Assembly: GCA_011390345.1 (NCBI GenBank)
Contig: JAABSP010000022.1
Location: 6,206-70,205, forward strand
Length of the DNA: 64,000 nt
Direction: 5' to 3'
DNA from: Desulfobacteraceae bacterium
GTDB lineage: Bacteria > Desulfobacterota > Desulfobacteria > Desulfobacterales > JAABSP01
In this document: positions 56,479 to 64,000 of the stretch, piece by piece
How the letters are laid out: each line of letters begins with the position of its first letter
How positions within the stretch are numbered: position 1 is the stretch's first letter
Notes under the pieces: model-generated
What the model was told of the DNA's origin: nothing
The model's database searches: none
Seen by the model: the letters and a program-made list of their open reading frames with translations, nothing else
Program-made: the position numbers and the translations under genes

Positions 56479-57567
56479 ATGGCAAAAGATAGAATCAACA
56501 ACTTCAACGCGGGCCCCGCCGCACTCCCCCTGCCGGTCCTGGAGGAAATCCAGGAATCCTTTTTAAACTTCAAAGATACCGGCATGTCCATCACCGAGAT
56601 CAGCCACCGCTCCGCGCCATTCGACGCGGTCATAGACGATGCCGCGGCCCGGGCCAAGCGCCTGTTGGACCTCGATGACGACTACAATGTCCTCTTTGTT
56701 CAGGGCGGCGCAAGCCTCCAGTTTGCCATGATCCCCATGAACCTCCTCCGGGCCGGCGAAACCGCAGACTACGTCAACACCGGAACCTGGTCCACCAAAG
56801 CCATCAAAGAGGCCGAGATCCAGGGGGTGAAGTACAATGTGGCCGCATCCTCCGAGGATCGGAATTTCTGCTACATCCCCAAAGAGTTCTCCTTCACTCC
56901 GAATGCGGCCTACGTCCACATCACCTCCAACAACACCATCAAGGGAACCCAGTGGGCCGGATACCCTGACACCAAAGGCGTCCCCCTCATCGCGGACATG
57001 TCCTCCGACATCCTCTGCCGAAAGATGGACCTAAAGCCCTTCGGCCTGATATACGCAGGCGCCCAGAAGAACATCGGCCCTGCCGGCGTCTGCATGGTCA
57101 TCATCCGCAAAGAGATGCTGGACCGGGTCCCCAAGACCATCCCCACCATGCTCCGGTACACCACCTATTCGGAGAAGAACTCCATGTACAACACCCCGCC
57201 CTGCTTTGCAGTCTATACGGTGCAGCTCGTGCTGAAATGGCTGGAGGAGACTGTCGGGGGCCTTTTGGAAATGGAGAAGATCAACCGGGAGAAGGCAGCG
57301 ACCCTCTATGATCTTTTTGACAACACCGAATTCTACAGCGGAACCGCAGACAAAGAGAGCCGCTCCCTCATGAACGTCACCTTCCGGCTGCCGAACGAGG
57401 ATCTGGAGAAGAAATTCGTGGCCCATGCCCTGGAAAACGGCTTTGGCGGCCTCAAGGGACACCGCTCCGTGGGCGGATGCCGCGCATCCATTTATAACGC
57501 CACTACAAAAAAAGCTGTCGCCGAGCTGGTCGATTTCATGAAGACCTTTGAAAAGCGGAACGGATAG
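56479..57567 (+). CDS. serC: Phosphoserine aminotransferase
   Basis: MAKDRINNFNAGPAALPLPVLEEIQ…SITEISHRS…LFVQGGASLQFAMIP… is typical SerC. Confidence 0.92.
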   Translation: MAKDRINNFNAGPAALPLPVLEEIQESFLNFKDTGMSITEISHRSAPFDAVIDDAAARAKRLLDLDDDYNVLFVQGGASLQFAMIPMNLLRAGETADYVNTGTWSTKAIKEAEIQGVKYNVAASSEDRNFCYIPKEFSFTPNAAYVHITSNNTIKGTQWAGYPDTKGVPLIADMSSDILCRKMDLKPFGLIYAGAQKNIGPAGVCMVIIRKEMLDRVPKTIPTMLRYTTYSEKNSMYNTPPCFAVYTVQLVLKWLEETVGGLLEMEKINREKAATLYDLFDNTEFYSGTADKESRSLMNVTFRLPNEDLEKKFVAHALENGFGGLKGHRSVGGCRASIYNATTKKAVAELVDFMKTFEKRNG

Positions 57568-57659
57568 CGGCCTGATATTGAAATCCTTCCCTGAATCGCT
57601 TATAATGGTTCTGTGTAATTTCTTTCAAACTCAAAAGCAGTACAGGGGAGGATTTTTCA

Positions 57660-58133
57660 ATGGAAAAAGAGATGAAGCTCAAGGTCGGCGATCCGGCCCC
57701 GGATTTTGCCATCCCGAACCAGAACGGAGAGACGGTAGCGTTAAAGGATCTTAAGGGAAAGAAGGTGCTGCTCTCCTTTCACCCCCTTGCCTTCACCCCC
57801 ATCTGCGAGATTCAGATGAAGGGCCTGGAGGCCAAGAACGCGGTCTTCGAGGAATTGAACACCACGGCCCTGGGAATCAGCGTCGATTCCGGGCCGGCCA
57901 AAAAGGCATGGGGAAAGGAGATCGGCGTAGAAAAGACCCCGCTGATAGCCGACTTCTGGCCTCACGGCGATGTGGCAAAGAAATATGACATCTTCATAGA
58001 GGAGAAGGGGATTTCCGGAAGGGGCAACATCCTCATCGACGAGAAGGGAAAGATCGAGTGGATCAAGGTCTATCCGCTGAAGAACCTGCCCGATATCGAA
58101 GAGGTCATCTCGGTGATCCGGGGCGAAAAGTGA
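57660..58133 (+). CDS. Peroxiredoxin (AhpC/TSA-Bcp type)
   Basis: VGDPAPDFAIPNQNGETVALKDLKGKKVLLSFHPLAFTPICEIQ contains the peroxidatic Cys motif. Confidence 0.85.
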   Translation: MEKEMKLKVGDPAPDFAIPNQNGETVALKDLKGKKVLLSFHPLAFTPICEIQMKGLEAKNAVFEELNTTALGISVDSGPAKKAWGKEIGVEKTPLIADFWPHGDVAKKYDIFIEEKGISGRGNILIDEKGKIEWIKVYPLKNLPDIEEVISVIRGEK

Positions 58134-58171
58134 TCCGGTCCTGATCTATCCCAAAGCCGGATCATCCCGGC

Positions 58172-58768
58172 TCATATCGGTTTACGGCCCGCTATCCATG
58201 CCCGGAAGCGGGCCTTTTTTTCGATCGTTGCAGTCAGCCCCGCCTTTTCAATCATCCCCGCGATGGCAGAAGGCCGGTGAAAATGGCTGCGCATCCCAAA
58301 AAGGCGCTCTAAAACGGCAACGCCTTTCACCGGCACAAGATCGATATCCGGCTCTTCGACAATCAGCCTTCCGCCCGGGCATAGTACCCTTGCAATCTCA
58401 AAGAGGGCCCCCTGCTGGTTTTTGAAATGGTGCAGCGCATCCACCACCATCACCCCGTCAAAGGTCTCTTTTCCAAAGGGAAGAAGTTCGGCCTCTCCGT
58501 TGATTCGGATGATCCGGGATATCCGGTCGAGCTGCAGCAGCATCTTCAGGGAAGGGTCCAGCAGCACGGCCCCCTGATCGAAGAGCGGACCCAACTGTTT
58601 TGCCACCCGACCGGTTCCGCCGCCGGCATCCAGAAGCCGTCCTTTCCGTCCCCCCCTTTCCGAGATATGAAAAAGATCCTCCCACAAACGAACATCCGGT
58701 CTTCCCATTGAAAGATCGTAGATCGGCGCCAGCCAGTCAAAATGGCAATTGGTAGAGAACCGTTTCAA
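58172..58768 (-). CDS. Class I SAM-dependent methyltransferase
   Basis: Motif I is RLLDAGGGTGRVAKQL. The later motif is DGVMVVDALHHF. Confidence 0.8.
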   Translation of the reverse strand: MKRFSTNCHFDWLAPIYDLSMGRPDVRLWEDLFHISERGGRKGRLLDAGGGTGRVAKQLGPLFDQGAVLLDPSLKMLLQLDRISRIIRINGEAELLPFGKETFDGVMVVDALHHFKNQQGALFEIARVLCPGGRLIVEEPDIDLVPVKGVAVLERLFGMRSHFHRPSAIAGMIEKAGLTATIEKKARFRAWIAGRKPI

Positions 58769-60066
58769 TGGAAATCCTCTGGCAGCATCTCCTCCCCGGG
58801 CTTTTTGGGAAGCTGGATATAAAAGGTGGTTCCCTGCCCGGCCGCAGACCGAATCTCAATCGCGCCGTGCAGCTTTCCCACCGCCTTTTTCACGATGGAG
58901 AGGCCGATCCCGGTTCCCTCATACTCCTCTTTGGTATGGAGCCGTCCGAACATCCGAAATATCTGATCGTGGTACTGGACATCGATGCCGATCCCGTTGT
59001 CCCGGACAAAGAACTCGTAATCTCTCCCCAGATCCCGCCACCCCAGCTCCACCTGGCGGGGATCGGAATGGTTGAACTTGAACCCGTTGATGATGAGGTT
59101 CTGAAAGACCTGCCGCAGCAGCACCGGCTTTGCCACAATGGTGGGCCATCGGTCCGGAAGGATCATCTCCACATCCGGAGGCGGCTGAATCGACTTTATC
59201 AGATCGTCCATGAATTCTTTCATGAAAATATCATCGACCGTATCCTGATGGCTGTCCATTCTCGACATGGCCAGCAGATCCCGGATCAGCATATCAGCCT
59301 CCTCCACCGCATGGGAGAGGCCCCCGAGATACTCCTGCTGCTGATCTTCGAGCCGATCTTTCAGATCCTCTTTTAAAAAAGAGATATAGTTCCGGATCGC
59401 GCGCATGGGGGCCCGCAGATCATGGGAGACCACATAGGCATACTCTGAAAGAGAGGCATTGGCCGCCTCCAGCTCCTCAGCCTTCTCCTGGATTTTCCGG
59501 TGTGCAATGTCCAAGGCGAGCCGGGCCTCCTTTTCATCGGTAAAATCCATGAGGGAAGCCCGGCAGAGTGGGGTCCTGTTCACCTTGTCATGGAAGAGAT
59601 ATCCGAGGATCTTTCCATAGAAATCATCACCTTCAAACCGTTTGAAGAGAATCTCCGCGGCATGGTTTCCGCTGCCGGAGAAGATATTCTGCCGGTGGCG
59701 AAAGAAGGTCTCATGGTATTCGGGGCGGATAAAGAGAGTGAGGGGCTTGTTCAGGATGTGCTTCCGGGTATAGCCCAGCATTCTGGCAAGGGTGAGGTTG
59801 GCCTCGACGATCACCCCGTTTTCATCCACAGTGAAATAGCCCACGGGCGCGAAATCATACAGCTCAGCAAACCGGTCCCGGGACCGCTCCAGGGCCTCCT
59901 GGGCCGCTCGCAGCTCCTCGTTCTGGATCTCCAGCTCCACCTGATGCACCAGAAGCTCATGAATCAGCTCCTCCGAATTTTTCGAGGACATGGCCCTTTT
60001 TAGTTCTAAGTTCTTCCAGAGCCGTTTTTCCGCCTTTTTCCTCAGCTCTTCGGATCGGCTATTCAA
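58765..60066 (-). CDS. PAS-domain sensor histidine kinase (cytoplasmic)
   Basis: It has a coiled-coil LVHQVELEIQNEELRAAQEALE, a PAS domain, the H-box VVSHDLRAPMRAI, and DNGIGI and GTGIGLSIVKK. It overlaps the CheB/CheR gene end by 8 nt. Confidence 0.85.
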   Translation of the reverse strand: MNSRSEELRKKAEKRLWKNLELKRAMSSKNSEELIHELLVHQVELEIQNEELRAAQEALERSRDRFAELYDFAPVGYFTVDENGVIVEANLTLARMLGYTRKHILNKPLTLFIRPEYHETFFRHRQNIFSGSGNHAAEILFKRFEGDDFYGKILGYLFHDKVNRTPLCRASLMDFTDEKEARLALDIAHRKIQEKAEELEAANASLSEYAYVVSHDLRAPMRAIRNYISFLKEDLKDRLEDQQQEYLGGLSHAVEEADMLIRDLLAMSRMDSHQDTVDDIFMKEFMDDLIKSIQPPPDVEMILPDRWPTIVAKPVLLRQVFQNLIINGFKFNHSDPRQVELGWRDLGRDYEFFVRDNGIGIDVQYHDQIFRMFGRLHTKEEYEGTGIGLSIVKKAVGKLHGAIEIRSAAGQGTTFYIQLPKKPGEEMLPEDFH

Positions 60067-63000
60067 AAGGGTCCTTCCTTTCCGCCCTCAGCATCTGCAG
60101 AACCCCTTCCAGTTCCGGATGTTTTGGAGCCATACTCTCCAAACGATTTAGCGCACCGCCCACCCGCTTTTCCAGATCTCTATACCGCTTTTCCCAATGG
60201 GTCTTCTCCCTTTTCTGATCCGTAATATCCTCGAAAAAGGAGATAAAATGCCGCTGCCGGGTGCTGAAGACCGTCACCTTGTACCACCTGTCCAACTCTT
60301 CCATATAGGTTTCCAGCGTCACCGGTTCCGCGTCCAAAGCCACCTTACCAAAGGTCTCGAGCCAGGGGATCTTCATCTCTTTGAGCACCGGTTTCATCTC
60401 GCTCATCTTTTTACCGGCCACCATCTCCTTCTTCACATTGAAAAGTTTCTGGAACCGTTCGTTGACATCGATGCAGACGACATCTTCCGGGTTCCCCTCT
60501 TGGTCCAGCAGGATACGGTGGTAGGCGATCTCATGGGGGATGTTTTCGAAAAATCCCCGATAGAGGTTTTCGCTCTCCTGAAAGGATTTCTGGGTCTTGA
60601 TCTTATCGGTCACATCGATGAAGGTGATGACAATCCCCTTGATGTAATTGTCCTTGGTCCGATAGGGGTTGATCCGCAGCAGAAACCATTCCATCTCCTG
60701 TCCCTGCACCTCCTTTTCGATGGGGACCAGGGTTTTTAAAACCCTGTTGACATCTGCGATAAAATCTTCATTGATGATTTTGTGGGTGATGTGGTTGATG
60801 GGCCTGCCCAGATCCATCTCCATGAGGTTGACGGTCCGGGTGATCGCGGGGGTGAATTTGCGCACCAGCAGATCCTTGTCCAGAAAGATGGTCCCGATAT
60901 CGGTGCTGGCCAGCAGGTTGTCCATGTCGTCATTGAGTTCGATCAGCTCCTGGATCTTGGCCTGATACTCTGCATTGACAGTGATCAGTTCCTCGTTGAC
61001 CGACTGCAGCTCCTCGTTGGTGCTCTGCAGCTCTTCGTTGGACGACATCAGCTCTTCATTGGTGGCCTGGAGTTCCTCGTTGGTGGTCTCCAGCTCCTCG
61101 ATGGTGGCCTGGAGGTTCTCCCGGGTATATTGCAGCTCCTGATCCAGATCCTGGATGCGTTCTTCGCTATCCATGGATAGATCATAGGGTCTGGCGGCCT
61201 GGGAGGGAAAGGCATCCTCGATAACTTCTTCAAAGGTGATCAGGGTGAGGCGCTGCTGGTACCGGTTCTTCTTCAGCGGAAGAACCTTCAGATTGAAGAT
61301 CCGGGTCTCCTCCCCGTCTTTCACCTTGATATTGTTGTAGACTACCCCTTCGTTGTCCCGGGCAGCCTTGTGGATCGCCAGGCTGACGGTGGTGGAGAGA
61401 TCCTTCCGCAGCAGGCTGATGAGATCGAAGTTGAACTCGCCCTTGGGGATCTTGAGGAACCGGTTGATATCGCCGAAGACGATCAGGGGCTTGTTGTCTT
61501 CGGTGATCGCGATGGCCGGCGGGGAATAGAGATCAATCATCGCATCCTTGACATCTTCGATGATCTTCTGCCGCATCTTGAAAGGGGGGTCCTCCCGCTG
61601 CACCCGGTTTCTGGAAAAGAGATTGGGCACGCCTCCCAGCCCCTGGATATGGGAGGGCTTATCATCCGAGAGATACCGAAATATCTTGCACCGATGATCG
61701 ATGCTCTTGAAATGGGTGATCATATCCCCGACGGTCTCGCTGGAGCCGAGGAGCATATATCCGTTGGCGTTCAACGAGAACTGAAAAAAGGAGAGCACCT
61801 TCTTCTGCGCGTCCGGGTTCAGGTAGATGAGAAAATTTCTGCAGGAGACAAGATCGATCTTGTTGAAGGGCGGGTCCTTTATGGCATTGTGAACCGCGAA
61901 GATGACCATCTCCCGGATCTCTTTGGAGACCTGGAACCGGTTTCCCATTTTGGTGAAGTACCGGTTGATCATCTCCGGGGGAACGTCTGCCACGATGCTC
62001 TGGGTATAGATCCCCTCGCTGGCCACTGCTATGGCGTGCCGATCCACGTCCGTGGCAAATATCTTCACATCATACTGCTTGTCGATGTTCTCCATGTACT
62101 TCTTCAGGAGCATGGCCAGGCTGTATGCCTCCTCTCCGGTGGAGCAGCCGACTGACCAGAAGCGGATGGAGCCGTTGTAGGGCTTGTCGTTCAAAATGGT
62201 CGGAATCACCTGATCTTCGATGATGTCGAAAACCTCGGTATCCCGGAAAAAGCTGGTGACGCCGATGAGCAGCTCCCGGTGGAGCGCATTGAGTTCCTGG
62301 GGAGAGTCCTTGATGAAATTGGCATAGTTCTCCAGGCTGCCGATCTGGTTGATGCTCATCCGCCGTTCGATGCGCCGGCTGACGGTGGTGAGCTTGTACA
62401 GGGAGAAATCGATCCCGGTGCGCTCTTTCAGCAGCATGAAGAGATTGTTGGTGTAGTCATCTTTTTTGGGAGAGATGATCGGCTTCTCCCCCTTGCCCGA
62501 GGAGAAGGGGTGTTTGATGTACTGCAGCAGCGTCTGAGGCATCTTCTCGGGCGGAAGGATGTAATCGACCAGCCCTGTGGAGATCGCGCTGCTCGGCATC
62601 CCGTCGAACTTGGCGCTAACCGAGTCCTGCACCAGGATCACCCCACCCTTCTCCTTGATGGTGCGGATCCCCCGGGAGCCGTCCGAGCCGGTTCCCGAGA
62701 GGATGATCCCGATCGCGTGCTCCTCATTGTCCTCGGCAAGGGATTTCAAAAAGATGTCGATGGGCAGATTCAGGCCGTGCTGCTCCTGCTCCATCAGCAG
62801 CAGTTTCCCTTTGTAAATGGTCAGATTCTTCTTGGGCGGGATCAGATAGACATTGTCCGGAAGGACTTCGACATTGTTTTCGGCCCGATGGATCTTCATC
62901 TTCGAATGCTTGGAGAGCAGCTCCACCATCAGGCTCTTGTAGTCCGGAGAAAGGTGCTGCACCACCACAAAGGCCATGCCGCTCTTGTCCATCATGTTCT

Positions 63001-63142
63001 TGAAGAACTTCTCCAGGGAATCGAGCCCCCCGGCCGATGCGCCGATGCCTACGATAAAAAAGGGATCTCTTTCCCGCGTCACATCCATTTCGTCCGATTC
63101 CTGTGCCGGATGGTTCTTTGGATTGTTTGTGGCCGTATCCAT
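60059..63142 (-). CDS. CheB-CheR fusion protein with coiled-coil and PAS domains
   Basis: The CheB-like N-terminus is [16 protein letters not shown]…[10 protein letters not shown]. The CheR SAM-binding motif is [19 protein letters not shown]. The coiled-coil is [16 protein letters not shown]…. Confidence 0.85.
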   Translation of the reverse strand: MDTATNNPKNHPAQESDEMDVTRERDPFFIVGIGASAGGLDSLEKFFKNMMDKSGMAFVVVQHLSPDYKSLMVELLSKHSKMKIHRAENNVEVLPDNVYLIPPKKNLTIYKGKLLLMEQEQHGLNLPIDIFLKSLAEDNEEHAIGIILSGTGSDGSRGIRTIKEKGGVILVQDSVSAKFDGMPSSAISTGLVDYILPPEKMPQTLLQYIKHPFSSGKGEKPIISPKKDDYTNNLFMLLKERTGIDFSLYKLTTVSRRIERRMSINQIGSLENYANFIKDSPQELNALHRELLIGVTSFFRDTEVFDIIEDQVIPTILNDKPYNGSIRFWSVGCSTGEEAYSLAMLLKKYMENIDKQYDVKIFATDVDRHAIAVASEGIYTQSIVADVPPEMINRYFTKMGNRFQVSKEIREMVIFAVHNAIKDPPFNKIDLVSCRNFLIYLNPDAQKKVLSFFQFSLNANGYMLLGSSETVGDMITHFKSIDHRCKIFRYLSDDKPSHIQGLGGVPNLFSRNRVQREDPPFKMRQKIIEDVKDAMIDLYSPPAIAITEDNKPLIVFGDINRFLKIPKGEFNFDLISLLRKDLSTTVSLAIHKAARDNEGVVYNNIKVKDGEETRIFNLKVLPLKKNRYQQRLTLITFEEVIEDAFPSQAARPYDLSMDSEERIQDLDQELQYTRENLQATIEELETTNEELQATNEELMSSNEELQSTNEELQSVNEELITVNAEYQAKIQELIELNDDMDNLLASTDIGTIFLDKDLLVRKFTPAITRTVNLMEMDLGRPINHITHKIINEDFIADVNRVLKTLVPIEKEVQGQEMEWFLLRINPYRTKDNYIKGIVITFIDVTDKIKTQKSFQESENLYRGFFENIPHEIAYHRILLDQEGNPEDVVCIDVNERFQKLFNVKKEMVAGKKMSEMKPVLKEMKIPWLETFGKVALDAEPVTLETYMEELDRWYKVTVFSTRQRHFISFFEDITDQKREKTHWEKRYRDLEKRVGGALNRLESMAPKHPELEGVLQMLRAERKDPFE

Positions 63143-63201
63143 TCTCTTCTCCCGAAAAACGGTCTTATCGGTTCATGCTGCGCTTTCTTCAGTACTCTCC
63201 A

Positions 63202-64000
63202 TTACCTTTCCCACAGGACTTTTTCCACGAGTTTCATGGATGACTCATTGATTGGGCCTTTAAATCGGTATTCCAGGGCTCTTTTCAGCATCTCCGGAAG
63301 GATCGCGCGCCTCTTTCCGGCAAGAACCGCAAGCGCGGCAAGGGCTCGATCCGGCTCTTTTATCCCGATTTCTTTGAAATCAATTCGAATCACCTCTCCT
63401 GCACATTCGGGAAGGGTGAGATCTGCTGCAGCAATGACCATTCCATCGGGATTCAATGCATCAAAGACCTTCTTGGCCCGATCCACACCCTCCTGACCCA
63501 CGGCAAGGATGATCTCGGGTTGGTCGATTGCGGTATAGCCGATCCCGGCTTCCGAGAGAATCACCTCGCTGATGGAGGGGCCTCGAAGCACCGTGATGTT
63601 GTACTCGTTCTTCTGGGAGGCGTTTAAGCCCGCAGTCATCCCGGCCATGCAGAGGATCTCTCCTGCGGTGATGATCCGCCCGCCCGCGCCGCCCAGAAGG
63701 AGAATCTCCTGCCGGTTTCGGGAGGGCGGGTCGAATTCGGCTTCGATCTCCGGCCGCGGAGAAGGAGCATCCAGGGATGCGCTCTTTTCCCGATACGCGG
63801 CTCCGTATTCGGGTCGGACGTTCTCCTCGATCTCTCCGGAAAAGGGCGGCATCTCTGAAATGGCCTCTTCGATAGACTTGGGCGTCAGCCGGTTTTTCTT
63901 TGTATAGCGGCCCGGGCAGACCCCGTGGATGTCGAGAAGGGAAAAGCCATTGTATCGGATCGCCCCGGCCATCTTTGCCGAAAGTGTGTTGTCATAGGCC
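63202..64000 (-). CDS. 2-oxoacid:ferredoxin oxidoreductase, fused beta (C-terminal part) and gamma subunits; gene runs off the window end
   Basis: The frame is open to position 64000 (…AYDNTLSAKMAGAIRYNGFSLLDIHGVCPG…, a beta-subunit C-terminus). A gamma-like domain follows (…ILLLGGAGGRIITAGEILCMAGMTAGLNASQKNEYNITVLRGPSISEVILS…). Confidence 0.7.
   Translation of the reverse strand, partial: AYDNTLSAKMAGAIRYNGFSLLDIHGVCPGRYTKKNRLTPKSIEEAISEMPPFSGEIEENVRPEYGAAYREKSASLDAPSPRPEIEAEFDPPSRNRQEILLLGGAGGRIITAGEILCMAGMTAGLNASQKNEYNITVLRGPSISEVILSEAGIGYTAIDQPEIILAVGQEGVDRAKKVFDALNPDGMVIAAADLTLPECAGEVIRIDFKEIGIKEPDRALAALAVLAGKRRAILPEMLKRALEYRFKGPINESSMKLVEKVLWER

Overview
GC-rich bacterial chromosomal window with two AT-richer islets. 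All calls come from reading the sequence and ORF track by eye; no searches were run. The gene content suggests an anaerobe, possibly Desulfobacterota-like: pyruvate:ferredoxin oxidoreductase, a 2-oxoacid:ferredoxin oxidoreductase, tungsten-type aldehyde:ferredoxin oxidoreductase, and many sigma-54, PAS and histidine-kinase regulators. Housekeeping genes include maeA-like malic enzyme, purB, parE, parC, tkt and serC. Other loci are a GldA/F/G-like ABC transporter with DUF4340, a TAXI binding protein with a NarL-type two-component system, and a non-Pyl MttB-family methyltransferase with a sigma-54 activator and promoter. The standout is a co-directional block from about 21.4 to 35.5 kb that starts at a good sigma-54 promoter. 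It encodes two DUF362 proteins, an Mrp/NBP35 ATPase with a His/Cys-rich tail, two unknowns and a mycofactocin-coupled-type SDR. These are followed by an unlisted 46-codon mycofactocin-type precursor (…VDGICGIY), mftB, mftC and mftF with no mftD or mftE. Next come larE, larB and larC with no larA, then AOR and a beta-grasp-like protein. Also notable:
- an EndoQ-like PHP nuclease fused to a UvrD helicase
- a lone ATPase with an Mrr-like nuclease tail between purB and parE
- a decayed copy of a histidine-kinase 3' end, which together with the intact kinase end brackets the malic enzyme gene
- two islets of toxin-antitoxin genes and gene fragments
- short phased tandem repeats at several gene junctions
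No rRNA, tRNA, CRISPR array, transposase or integrase was recognised.
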